Positions 1-11,527 are shown, counted from the stretch's first letter. The stretch: DNA of 64,000 nt from Histomonas meleagridis 2922-C6/04-290x (GCA_020184695.1 JAANOX010000085.1:1-64000); one strand, 5' to 3'. Notes: generated by a model not told the origin, from the letters alone. Numbers and translations are program-made.

Positions 1-429
1 GTGCTGTTCTAAATAATTTAAATAAACTCCAAATATTATTTTGATTTATTAAAAATATTAAGATAAATTTTAAACATATTTAAAATATATCTTTAGCATT
101 GATATCAATTCTTTCTTGTTGAAGAAGTAATCTAACTATTTCTATATGATAAAATTTAGTTGCTAAAATAAGTGGTGTTTCAAATAAATCAAATGATTTC
201 CAAATATTATGTTGAAACAAAAAATTAACAAAATAAATTTTAAACATATTTAAAATATATTTTTAGCATTAATATCAATTCTTTTTTGTTGAAGAAGTAA
301 TTCAACTATTTCTATGTGGTCAAACTTAGTTGCTAAAATAAGAGCTGTATTAAATAATTTAAATAATTTCCAAACATGATTTAGAAATATAAAATAATAA
401 AAATAAATTTGAAACAAAAACAAATAAAT
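1..429 (-). repeat. Interrupted ankyrin array, locus 1 (3 linkers: 81, 80, 81 nt)
   Basis: TAL/TPL-start codons at minus-strand positions 348, 178 and 7. Modules read TALILATKFDHIEIVELLLQQKRIDINAKN and TPLILATKFYHIEIVRLLLQQERIDINAKD. Confidence 0.85.
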
Positions 430-1256
430 ATCTTTGCATTAACACTAATTTCTTTCTGTTCAAATAAGAAGTTATATATTTTAATGTTTGTTAAATGATT
501 CGTTGAGAAAACTATCATGATTTTTTTGAAGGAATATTTTTTATCTTTGTTTTGGTAGAGATAATGAAATATATCATTTCGATGAAACATAATTGCAGAT
601 TCATATGCACCTTCAAATGATGAATGATTTTGTTCACATAAATGAATGATTTCTTCATTTCCTCCAACAACTGCATATTTACCTGTGTTTTCTACATTTG
701 CTCCATTCATAAGTAAATATTTAAAACATTGAACTGATGAAAAAAATGCGGCATAATCAATTAATGTAACAGTTTCTTCATTAATAAATGAACATCTTTC
801 ATAAAGCGATGGTTTAATTGTTTGATCAATATTAAAATTTGTTTGTGATGATATTTCTTGAAGTTTTTCGATTTCATCATTTCGAATTATTTTGCAATTT
901 CACTTGGACTATGTCCTTCTTTAACATATATATGAAGTTCCCAATCATTCTGTGAAAGTTCTTTATAGTATTCTTTGAAATATTCATAGAAAGGAAACAC
1001 GTTAAAATCTTTCTCTTGTGAAAAAAATGATGAATAAATTAGTCTGCTGATAATCAAATTAAAATAAAAAACCTTTATCAATTAGTTTCATTGTTACTTT
1101 AACAGAATTGTTGGTGTTATCCTCTGTCAAACCAAAAATAATTTTATCAAGTGATTCCACTAGTTTCAGATTACTTTCGTGATGAAATGTTTGTGTTTTG
1201 GAAATTTTGCTTTTTTTCATTTCTATGATAAATTTTTCTTGCAAAAAAACTGTCAA
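1..1256 (-). pseudogene. DUF3447-type ankyrin-repeat gene (paralog of 3345-5447), frameshifted; runs off left edge
   Basis: ORF pieces 1059-1256, 887-1081 and 381-710 are collinear with the 3345-4499 protein (LVESLDKIIFGLTEDN; ELSQNDWELH; KYAVVGGNEEIIHLCEQNHSSFEGAYE). The two frame breaks (~900, ~1075) fall in A/T homopolymers, so this could be assembly error rather than true decay. Confidence 0.75.
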
Positions 1257-1915
1257 AAAATTGCTTTCAAAAAAATTTCTTAAAAAAAAAAAAATTAATC
1301 AAACTGCACGGTTTATCAATATTGATAAATAGTTTTCATTATCAAAAGAACAGATTTCTAAAAATTTAAATTTTCAATAAACATGATTTTACATAAAAAT
1401 TATGTCTATGATAAGGTGGGTCATAGCCATCGATATCCTAACAGCCGATACTGATGAATATCGGAAAAATATCGGTAGTGAAGGCATGATTTATTATCAA
1501 ATTTTATATATATATAACTTGAAATTGGAATTAAAAAAAATAAAAGCAGAATATTTTACTCAATCTCTTTGTTTTCGTGGTTGAAAATAATAATTATTTG
1601 CTGTGGGTAGTGCTCGAGCTAGAATATTGATGATTATAAAGTACAATGAAATTGTTATGAAGAAAACATTTGTTGAATGTATATGTAATAATGATTTTTA
1701 AGTGTTGCATTTGATATAGTTAACAAGCTAATACAAATATCATAGATAATGTAATGTAGCAAATTCCCTGCAAAGAAAAGGCAAACAAAAATTGTAACAA
1801 TTCGAATTATACAATTTTGATTCAGAAGTTAAAAAGAAATTCATTATGAAAATGATATAACTATACGAATCATTTAATAAACAATTTTTAATACGAACGC
1901 TATTATAAAAGTTCT

Positions 1916-3217
1916 TTATTGCAAAAAATTTAGTAGATGCATTTGCAATTTCTCAAATTTAAGATCTGACTCCAAATCAATTTGTTGGAAAACGTCAAAT
2001 TTTAATATTTCCTCCGCAATTAATTTCGAGTTTTCACTATAAGAAGAAGAATCAATGAACGAAATCAATCTTCGCACACATTTATATAGCAAATATAAAA
2101 ATTCATCTTCTTCAAAATCGGAATAATTTTGAAGGAATTCGATCAAATTAAATTTTTCTATTAAATTTTTTATTTCATCATCATTCGATTCACATATAAT
2201 TTCGAATATCACTTTTATTAATTCCTTTTTCTCGATGTATTTAATGCCATCGATAATATCAATAATAAAAACAAAAATATTTAATAAAAATTTTTTATCT
2301 ATTTTCGATATCATAAACTTTAAACAGTAAGAAGCTGAATTAACAATTTCGTCATTTTCATTTTCTTTAATTAAAGTTAATATAAAATTTAAATCATTTT
2401 GATTTATCTTTATGTTAATATCTTTCTGAAATATATCCGAATATAATATTAAAATTATCGATAACAATTCGTCCGAAATTATATTTTTTAAATATCTTAA
2501 AACGTTTTTAGATATAATTTCATTTGAATAATTCGTTTGATTAAGTAAATAATGAAAACCCCATAATATGTATATGAAGTTATTTACCATTTTGTTCTTA
2601 ATCGTAACAGTAAAAACTCGATTTAATAGCACTATGTCATTTCTTTCTTTGAGTTCAAATCGTGAAAAATTCATAAAAAGTTGTGAAAGTTCAAATCGAA
2701 GTGATAAATTGTTCTTGAAAAAGGTACAAAGGAATGGTAAAGGATAATACTCTAAGACATTGTCCCTTAATAAAGCTGAACAACTACTAACGTTACAAAG
2801 AGTTGAAATTATATTCTTTGGATTGATAATTTGAAAAAATTGATGTGAAATTTGAAGAAAGTTTAAAGAAATCAAATATTCTGAAATGAAATTTTCATGT
2901 GAGGTACATAATGCAGTAAAATAAAAAAAGAAATCGCTGAAATTATCAAGTTTAGATAATAATTCAAATGAAATTTCAAAAATTTGATACTTATTGATGA
3001 AATCAAAAATAGGGACATCAATCATATGAAATATTTTGCTTAGTTTTACTAAAAAATTAAATGTTTCCTTCAGATCATTTTCTTCATGATAAAAATGATT
3101 AACTTGATGACAAAATATAGCTATTTCTTCTAATTTATTATCTGATTGAGATTCGTAGGTAGATAAAAGCTTGTTTATTGAGGCGAATTGTTTTAAATTG
3201 GCCTTATAGTCAATCAA
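1916..3217 (-). CDS. Hypothetical helical (ARM/HEAT-like) protein; start codon uncertain
   Basis: 433-codon ORF rich in L/I/F with helical periodicity, similar in style to 58376-59644. It begins TTG-ATT immediately after an in-frame TAA; first ATG is at codon 65. Confidence 0.7.
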   Translation of the reverse strand: MIDYKANLKQFASINKLLSTYESQSDNKLEEIAIFCHQVNHFYHEENDLKETFNFLVKLSKIFHMIDVPIFDFINKYQIFEISFELLSKLDNFSDFFFYFTALCTSHENFISEYLISLNFLQISHQFFQIINPKNIISTLCNVSSCSALLRDNVLEYYPLPFLCTFFKNNLSLRFELSQLFMNFSRFELKERNDIVLLNRVFTVTIKNKMVNNFIYILWGFHYLLNQTNYSNEIISKNVLRYLKNIISDELLSIILILYSDIFQKDINIKINQNDLNFILTLIKENENDEIVNSASYCLKFMISKIDKKFLLNIFVFIIDIIDGIKYIEKKELIKVIFEIICESNDDEIKNLIEKFNLIEFLQNYSDFEEDEFLYLLYKCVRRLISFIDSSSYSENSKLIAEEILKFDVFQQIDLESDLKFEKLQMHLLNFLQ

Positions 3218-3344
3218 AAAAAATTATACAACTTCCAATTTTTGGTAAAATATTCAAAACTATCTTTTTCAACCTAATTTTGAATCAGATACGATCAGAA
3301 ACCGCTATGATTGTGCTTCTGAATCAAAAGCGACAATATTATCT

Positions 3345-5447
3345 TTGTCGATATTGAAAAGAAACCCCAGCAAAGAGATAAATAAAACAACAATTAACCA
3401 ATTATTTCATTCTTGTAAAACTAAATTTATACAAAATTTAGAATCTCTTGAAAAAATTATTTTTGGGTTAAATGAAGATAATATTTTTGAATCCATTAGC
3501 ACAACTATAGAATTATTAAATGATGACAATATATCACCTTATTCAAACATAATTCTTAGTCGTATGATTTATTCATCAATTCTTTCACAGGTAAAAGATT
3601 TTAATATATATATTAATTTTATGAAACAAATTGAAATCGAAGAAAAAGAACTTAACAAAAACAATTCTGAATTAATTAATAGATTTATTGATTTTCTACT
3701 TTGTTTAGATGCACAAGAATCATATTTTATTCTTGAAAAAATGACCGAACTGGATTTAGTTTCATCAAAATCAGTTAAATACAAAAATACATTTTATTTT
3801 TCTCATTATAGAACAAAAGAAGAAAATCAAAAATTTACAAAGCGATATCAGAAACCTTTAGTATTTGGTATGCCAAGGTTTAAGCAATCAGAACAATCAT
3901 TTTTAGATAATTATGAAGAACTTTCACAGAATGATTGGGAACTTCATAAACATTTAATTGAAGAAGGACATAATCCAAGTGAAATTGCAAAAATAATTCG
4001 AAATGATGAAATCGAAAAACTTCAAGAAATATCATCACAAACAAATTTTAATATTGATCAAACAATTAAACCATCACTTTATGAAAGATGTTCATTTATT
4101 AATGAAGAAACTGTTACATTAATTGATTATGCCGCATTTTTTTCATTAGTTCAATGTTTTAAATATTTACTTATGAATGGAGCAAATATTGAAAACACAG
4201 GTAAATATGCAGTTGTTGGAGGAAATGAAGAAATCATTCATTTATGTGAACAAAATCATTCATCATTTGAAGGTGCATATGAAGCTGCAATTATGTTTCA
4301 TCGAAATGATATTATTAAATATATTTATGAAAACAAAATTGGAAATATTAAAAATTCTTATGAAAAAATTATAAAGTTAACTCTGAATAATGAATTCATG
4401 AATTTTAAAGTTTTTAACTTTTTACTTGAACAAGAAGCAATTAACAATAGCACAGAATATATTTATTTACATTATTTATTATTTGTTTTAATAATATGAT
4501 ATTTTAAAATAATATTTGTGATTTAATTAAATTGTTTCTAAATTTACTTATTATAGCTTCTGAAAAAGGTCATATAGAAATTGTTAAAATACTTCTTGAA
4601 CTAGAAGGAATTGATGTTAATGCAAAAAATATTTAATTGCTTTATTTAGAATTTGTTTTGATAATTTTATATTTCAAAATAATATTTAGAAATTATTTAA
4701 AATATTTTATACGTCACTTATGAAGGCATCAAGAAATGGTAACATAGAAATTGCTAAATTACTTCTTGAACAAGAAGGAATTGATATTAACGCTAAAAAT
4801 ATATTTTATTTTAATATTTTTTCATTTTAAAATAATATTTGAATTTATTTAAATTATTTAATACAGCACTTATGTTCGCATCGTTAAATGGTCGTACTGA
4901 AATAGTTAAATTACTTCTTGAACAAGAAGAAATTGATGTCAATGCTAAAAATATATATTTGTTTTGTTAAATGTTTGTTTTGATAATTTTTTATTTCAAA
5001 ATAATATTTGATAATTATTTAAACTATATAAAACAGCATTTATGATCTCAGCTGAAAATGGATTTATTGATATATTGAAGTTATTTCTTGAACAAAATAG
5101 AATTGATATTAATGATAAAAATATTTAATTGTTTCATTTGATATTTATTTTAATAATTTGATATTTCAAAATAATGTTTGGAAATTATTTTAAATATTTA
5201 ATACTGCACTTATGTATGCATCTTCATGTGGTCATACAGAAATAGTAAATTTACTTATTGAACAAGAAGGAATTGATATTAATGCTAAGAATGTTTATTT
5301 CTTTTATTTGAAATTAATTTTAATGATTTTCTATTTCAAAATAATATTTGGAAATTATTTAAAATATTTAAAACAGCACTTACCATAGCATTTGAAAATG
5401 GGCATAAAGAAATAATTGAAATACTGAGTAAAAAAGGTGCAAATTAA
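3345..5447 (+). CDS. DUF3447-type ankyrin protein: N-terminal ORF 3345-4499 plus six linker-interrupted ankyrin modules ending KKGAN-stop
   Basis: N-terminal part has LIDYAAFFSLVQCFKYLLMNGA...YAVVGGNEEIIHLCEQ, the pattern typical of parabasalid DUF3447/ankyrin proteins. Downstream modules start at 4541, 4711, 4863, 5033, 5203 and 5373; terminal TAA at 5445-5447. True start unclear. Confidence 0.75.
4461..5447 (+). repeat. Interrupted ankyrin array, locus 2 (linkers 80, 80, 62, 80, 80, 80 nt)
   Basis: Counted directly from the sequence; period is 170 nt except one 152-nt unit. Confidence 0.9.
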
Positions 5448-5664
5448 TTTATTAATGTAAATTCAAACTTTACCAGCAAGGAATTGCTGAAATTTTAATA
5501 TTTTGCTATTTCAGGAAATAAAGAAATTATTGTGTAAAAAATTAAAAAATAACGACTGTTTAATTTTCGAGAAATCCCAAGAAATGTATAAAATAATTCG
5601 AATATTTAGAATACATTTTATTTAAATTAAAAATATATTCACTATAAATATTCGATTGTCGAAA

Positions 5665-5736
5665 GGGTGATTGGTCTAGTGGAATGATTCTCGCTTTGGG
5701 TGCGAGAGGTCTCGGGTTCGATTCCCGAATCGCCCC
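5665..5736 (+). tRNA. tRNA-Pro (anticodon TGG)
   Basis: Acceptor stem GGGTGAT/ATCGCCC; D-arm TGGTCTAGTGG; anticodon arm CTCGC-TTTGGGT-GCGAG; T-loop GGTTCGATTCC. Confidence 0.97.
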
Positions 5737-6212
5737 AAATTTTTTTTTCAATCAAGCAGTGCAACAATTACTCAAGTCATCCATAGAACCATGTATATCA
5801 ATATAGATTTTGGACATATTTAATTTAATTAAATGTTGAATTTTTATATATATGATGACACTGCAGTGTCACGTCAAATACTTTTGAATCAACATATAAT
5901 AATGATACAAAGCGCTTGTGTTGAATGTATTTAAATTTAATACAGAATTTATATTGATGTCACATTTTCATTAATGATAGCTATATCTAATTTTGAACAT
6001 GTTCAAGAGTATGTGTTGATTTAAGAGTTCCAATAACTTATACAAATAAGAGAATAACAATTGAAATAATTTTATGTAACATTATTTATTATTTTTATAA
6101 ATTCTGTTGAATTTGTTTTGCGAAAAAAAGTTGCTGTGATTGAGAACATCACAAACCTATACATTTATCATCGATATTTACAGAAAAAGTGGAATTCAGA
6201 AACGATAGAAAT

Positions 6213-6563
6213 ATGAACGCACAAAATGTGCGCAACAAACTTCATGACTCAGGTTATGACTGTATTCCATCAGATGTTCTAAACGAGTTTATTGAATACC
6301 TTAAGGAAGATGAAGAATCACTCTCATATTTATCCAACGATACAGATAACCCAAAAAAGAAATCCAATCCACATAAACATTCACTTCAAAAAATGAAGAG
6401 CAAAAGTCAAAATGACTCTGAAATGGAAATGGTAAAATGGGCAGAAAGATTAGAAAATTTACGACAGAAAAAGAAAAAAATTAATAAATATTTTGATGCA
6501 TGCGAAAGCATAGGCCAAACAAGTTCTGATAACACAATGTATTTTTATAATTATAAAAATTAG
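6213..6563 (+). CDS. Small charged hypothetical protein
   Basis: ORF with coding-like composition and a predicted coiled C-terminal half. First ATG at 6213 (track starts at GTG 6189). Confidence 0.6.
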   Translation: MNAQNVRNKLHDSGYDCIPSDVLNEFIEYLKEDEESLSYLSNDTDNPKKKSNPHKHSLQKMKSKSQNDSEMEMVKWAERLENLRQKKKKINKYFDACESIGQTSSDNTMYFYNYKN

Positions 6564-6854
6564 TTTTATTTATATTTTTTTCTTAAATCTACACAAACAA
6601 TTTCATGTACTATTAATGATCAAAAGTATTAAATTTATTCAAAATTACTGAAAAGTGTATCTCAAAGCGTAAACAAACCTGTTTTTATTGCTATCATATG
6701 GATAAAATTTTTGTGATAAATCACATCTTTCCAGAAAGATAAGTTATAAATCGAACCCCAATAAATTATCAAATGAATTTTCGTTTCTTTTTCTTACTAA
6801 AACATCATATCAATGCTTCGTATACTAAACAAAACAATAATTATAAAAAACATT

Positions 6855-9800
6855 TTACAAAACTTTTTCTTTTCCTTCTATAAATCTTAATTCGCTCAAC
6901 AGCTTTTTGTTTCCCTTTGCCATGTTCAAAGCCTCATCCTTGAATCCGTATTCCATCAAAATCTTTGCTTTGAAGTCGTTACCTTTTATGTTACTTTTCA
7001 CGAATCTCACGAAAGCCTTTTTCTCCACTGCGCGATTATAAATTTCCTTTAGCATTGCCAAACAAATTTGTTGATATGTATCCACATCGAAACAAACTAT
7101 TTGCTTGAAAAACTGTGGAATTTGTCCATCACCTTTTAATGTTAATAATTCAATAGCAACCTCACAAATTTCATCCAAGTTTACGTCTGGTAATTCCTTA
7201 ATTTCAGATATAATTCCTACCTGTAAATCAAGCAACAAATAAGCTGAAAGATATAAAGTGTTTTCCTTAGACGAAAACAACTCCAATTTCTTATCAAAAG
7301 GTTCGTTCTTTTTGATAAACATATTCAAAATTGATAACATCAACGATAGCCTTATTTGTGTGCCAACCAAAGCTTTAACGTCAAAAAATTGTTGATGTTC
7401 TGTTTTGAATTTTTCATTTCCCAAAACTTTTAACGAATTCCCTATCAAAGGCTTAACGTTTTCCAGGCATTCTTTTCGTGATTCCCAAGTGTCACTTTTA
7501 TGAAATAGCTTTAAACCAGTAACTATTGCATGATCATAAAACTGTCCATTTTTTTGTATGTTAAACAAACATTGATCCATTGAGATTGATTTTAAGAAGT
7601 CAAAAAACTCCAAAATTATTGGTTTGAAATAAGTCAAATCTTTTTGTATTTTTAACCATAATAAATTCCATGATTGATAAGCTAATGCTGTTGTAATAAT
7701 TAATTTAATGAATAAAGATAAATGTTTTGGCTCATTAATTTTTTTAAATATTTTAAACGCGTTATTAAATTGACCATTTTTTATATAAAACAAAATTAAT
7801 TCTGCATTCGAATCAATTATTTGTAATGATTCCAAATATGTGGTAACATTTGGTGAATTATAATTAATACCGCATTCATTATTCATCATATTATGAAGTG
7901 TTTTATTAATTAATTGATAAAAATTTAAGTCTTTTAATTGAAGATCATTATTATCAATAGTTATATTATCCAAATTAATTTGTAATCCACTTAATAATGT
8001 TTTATATAAATAATCCGATATATAATTAATGTCATTATGTGTAAATCGTTGTTTAATGGAATAATTCTTTAAAAGGTCAATTCCTTCATTTAATAAACCT
8101 AATTTATAACAATTAAATATACGTGTGAAATCCTTAATATTAATGTTCCATGCATTTTCAATATCATTCATTAATTGGATTTGATCATAGTTTTGACATA
8201 TGGTAAAGAATTCATATCCTTTAATTTTGGTGGAAAAATTCTCTAATTTATATGATTGCTGATAACGACTATAAAACTCACATTGGATAAATCGATTTAA
8301 TGAATCTAATTGTGTAAAGAATACTTCGAAATATGACGCATCACTTGGATTCGCTAATTGATATTTATAACGATTTAATTGTTTACATATTTTTGGAAAT
8401 ATTTTTAATATTTTATATTCGATTTCTTTCGAATTAACGATAATTGTTGAGATATATTTCATTGAAAGTTCAATGATTTTATTCATGAAATTAAATGTTA
8501 CATTTGTATGTTTTTTGGTTTGATTAAATATTTCTTGTAAATCTAAATTGTTATTTAATAAATGATCTTCGTTAATTGAATTTTGTTTATCTTTAAGTGA
8601 TTTAAGTTCTGATTTACAAAAATCTTTTAATTTTGGAAATGTATATAATATTTCATATAAATTTTCTTCATTAAAATGTTTCGATTTAAGAATTATTTTC
8701 TCTAAATAATCATTAACTTCAAATTCATTTGCAATAATTTTTGCTTTATAAAATGAATTTGTTTCAATTAATTTCTCTAAATATTCATTTAATTTCATAT
8801 GATAATATTCATTATCGATATAACTAATTGAATTATAGCCACAAAAAGGATATAATGCAATTAAAACATTAATTTGTAAGTCAAAAAGTTTCGATTTATA
8901 AAGTTTCATAATTAAATTCGGTTCTTTAAAATATAAATTATTTAATAAATCAATTTGAATTGGCGATATATTTAATACATTGTTAAATAAAACTTCGATT
9001 TCTTCATTAGTAAAATCAATTAAATTATTTTCATGTTCATTAATATAATTTATTATATCTTCTAAATTATCTAATTTGTGATTAAAATTATTTCCTTTTT
9101 TACCATTAATTATATAATTTATAATTTTATTGTTTTCATATTCTTTAGGTACTGTTTTCATTACCAAAATTTTAGCAATTGGTTCATCTTTAACAATATC
9201 TTCGACATTGAATTCGTTTTGATCGTTGGCGATATTTTTCTTTTTATTTATTAATTCAATAAAACCATTTAATAAATAATATGATGAAAGATCAATTGAA
9301 TCACTATTATAAATATCATTTTTTAAATTTGTTATAATGTTGTTAATATTATTTACGTCAATAATTTTAATAGGATCTTTTAAAACTTTTCTTTTATGTA
9401 TTAATTCAGGATATAAAAATTTGTTATATTGCATATCTTTATTACATGATAAAAAATATTCTGTTGATAGTAATGAAAGATTTATATCATTTGGTAAATT
9501 AAATGGTTCATTCTTTTTAAGTTTATATATTACTTCTGAAATTATAACAATTTGATATAATTTATCATTAACTTTTTTAACAAATGGCTTTATAAATTCA
9601 TAGTTTCTTTGTCTTAAAAAGTCAATGAATTTATAATGAATTAATGTCTTTAAAAGTATTTCATTATCAGGCCTAAGATTTAATAAAAGTGTAATCACAT
9701 GATAAATGAAATCTTTCGAACAATAAAATTCTTGTTTTTCATTCTTCATAAATAATAATGAATAAATATCTATAATTACTTTATCTAATATTTCATCAAT

Positions 9801-11045
9801 TGGTATTTGACTTAATGTATTAATAAATGTATTATCTGTTTTTTGTTCTTGAAAATGAATTAAAAATTCATTTAATGCCTTATATGCATATATAAAAGAA
9901 AAATCAATTTTTTTATCTTCATCAGAAACATTAAATAATTTTAAATCATTAAAACTAGTTAAATTAATGTTATCCAAACATATTTCAATAAGCTTTGGAA
10001 TTGAACGAGTTTTAAAATCATTTTGATGTGTAATAATACCTGTGGCAGATTGAATATATGATGCAAGTGAAATGTCATTTGAAAAACGATGGATTATATC
10101 AGATAAAATCGGATTTTGTGAATCATTTACAAACTCAGAGATAACACTCGAATAATTATTAGTATCAGATTGTAATAATTGATATTCAAGAAGAATCATC
10201 GCAACACGTAAATCTGGAAATTCTGCTGTAAACGTAGTAAAACTTTGGATTTTCCCTTCAATAATGAAATTTAAACATGGCTCAACTATAACATCAATAA
10301 ATGTTTTATGTTTACAAATAGAATCATTGGTTAACGTAAGATAATTCCCTTCTTGAAATAAATGTGATGTCGCTGGATATGGTTCTGCACATGAATATAA
10401 ACTTTGGAAAATTTTTGATGTATTTTGATCATTTAAAATCGATGGTATCATCCAAAATTTATAAAATTTGTGGGTATCAATGTCGTCAATGGAAAATAAT
10501 GGGAATAATGTTGGATCAAATTTGGAAGAAAGATAAAATGATTTAAATTGAAAAAATGAAAATAAATTCTTGGCACCAATACGATTTAATAAATCATCAA
10601 AATATGACTGGAGTGAAATATAAAGACCATTATATTTTTTAAAAATGTATTTTAAGGATCGACATACTTTTGTAATATTATTTATAGGAATTGAGGTATT
10701 AGGATGAATATATGTCATTAAAATATTACTCTCTTTGATTTTGAGTGTTTCAAGAATTGATAAATAAAAAGATTTTGGTATTGGATAAAAAGATAAATTA
10801 TCAATTTTTAAAAGATAAGAACGACAATACCATTGAATAAAATAATATGATTGAGCTTTTTTAACTGGTTTCCAATTACCTGGTTGTGCTGTCTTGCAAA
10901 TTTGTTGAAGAATGGAATTTAACGATTTATCTGGAATTTTGCATTGAAATAACATAGAGTTGGAATATTGCCCTAGGAATATGTTGTAAATGTAGAAATT
11001 TTCATATAAATTATTAGGAATTTCCAATGTATATTTTTTTTCCAT
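6855..11045 (-). CDS. Large helical protein with C-terminus resembling spastizin/ZFYVE26 (SPG15)
   Basis: 1396-aa ORF. The segment ELILFYIKNGQFNNAF...LFIKLII...LFNIQKNGQFYDHAIVTGLKLF resembles the spastizin C-terminal helical repeats by my recall. No FYVE domain seen. Confidence 0.45.
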   Translation of the reverse strand: MEKKYTLEIPNNLYENFYIYNIFLGQYSNSMLFQCKIPDKSLNSILQQICKTAQPGNWKPVKKAQSYYFIQWYCRSYLLKIDNLSFYPIPKSFYLSILETLKIKESNILMTYIHPNTSIPINNITKVCRSLKYIFKKYNGLYISLQSYFDDLLNRIGAKNLFSFFQFKSFYLSSKFDPTLFPLFSIDDIDTHKFYKFWMIPSILNDQNTSKIFQSLYSCAEPYPATSHLFQEGNYLTLTNDSICKHKTFIDVIVEPCLNFIIEGKIQSFTTFTAEFPDLRVAMILLEYQLLQSDTNNYSSVISEFVNDSQNPILSDIIHRFSNDISLASYIQSATGIITHQNDFKTRSIPKLIEICLDNINLTSFNDLKLFNVSDEDKKIDFSFIYAYKALNEFLIHFQEQKTDNTFINTLSQIPIDEILDKVIIDIYSLLFMKNEKQEFYCSKDFIYHVITLLLNLRPDNEILLKTLIHYKFIDFLRQRNYEFIKPFVKKVNDKLYQIVIISEVIYKLKKNEPFNLPNDINLSLLSTEYFLSCNKDMQYNKFLYPELIHKRKVLKDPIKIIDVNNINNIITNLKNDIYNSDSIDLSSYYLLNGFIELINKKKNIANDQNEFNVEDIVKDEPIAKILVMKTVPKEYENNKIINYIINGKKGNNFNHKLDNLEDIINYINEHENNLIDFTNEEIEVLFNNVLNISPIQIDLLNNLYFKEPNLIMKLYKSKLFDLQINVLIALYPFCGYNSISYIDNEYYHMKLNEYLEKLIETNSFYKAKIIANEFEVNDYLEKIILKSKHFNEENLYEILYTFPKLKDFCKSELKSLKDKQNSINEDHLLNNNLDLQEIFNQTKKHTNVTFNFMNKIIELSMKYISTIIVNSKEIEYKILKIFPKICKQLNRYKYQLANPSDASYFEVFFTQLDSLNRFIQCEFYSRYQQSYKLENFSTKIKGYEFFTICQNYDQIQLMNDIENAWNINIKDFTRIFNCYKLGLLNEGIDLLKNYSIKQRFTHNDINYISDYLYKTLLSGLQINLDNITIDNNDLQLKDLNFYQLINKTLHNMMNNECGINYNSPNVTTYLESLQIIDSNAELILFYIKNGQFNNAFKIFKKINEPKHLSLFIKLIITTALAYQSWNLLWLKIQKDLTYFKPIILEFFDFLKSISMDQCLFNIQKNGQFYDHAIVTGLKLFHKSDTWESRKECLENVKPLIGNSLKVLGNEKFKTEHQQFFDVKALVGTQIRLSLMLSILNMFIKKNEPFDKKLELFSSKENTLYLSAYLLLDLQVGIISEIKELPDVNLDEICEVAIELLTLKGDGQIPQFFKQIVCFDVDTYQQICLAMLKEIYNRAVEKKAFVRFVKSNIKGNDFKAKILMEYGFKDEALNMAKGNKKLLSELRFIEGKEKVL

Positions 11046-11527
11046 TCTTCAACAGTTAAGAAAACGATTAAATTCACCTTAAAAAATAAACAATAAGGAA
11101 TACGTTAACAAGAATTTGAAGAAGGGGTGCCTCAAAAATGTTTTCATCCTTCTTTCTAATTAGAAAGATATAGCTATATCCTAGAATCTGATTTTCAAAA
11201 AAAAGGAATAAAACAGCTCGTTTTATCAAATCGTAGTTTGGTGGGTTCCAGAAAAACATTTAGCGCTTTTTATGTTTCGAACAATGAATTCTTTCTGTGC
11301 AGGTTCATTCACGTTGACCACAAACTATTTCAATAACACCAAAGTAAGGGGATGAATTAAGTCAAAGACAAATTTTTAAATGAAAAATAAAAATAAAAAA
11401 TTGCATAATATCTCTATAAGAAAATGGAACACAGACTATCCACAAAAAACTAGTTGAGGTTAACAAAGTAATTGTTAGCACCCATTTTAAAATGGCTACT
11501 TATTCATAAGGTTAAAAAATTAAAATT

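Noticed and set aside
5560-5751. 63-aa minus-strand ORF
   Set aside because: Antisense reading of the tRNA-Pro gene.
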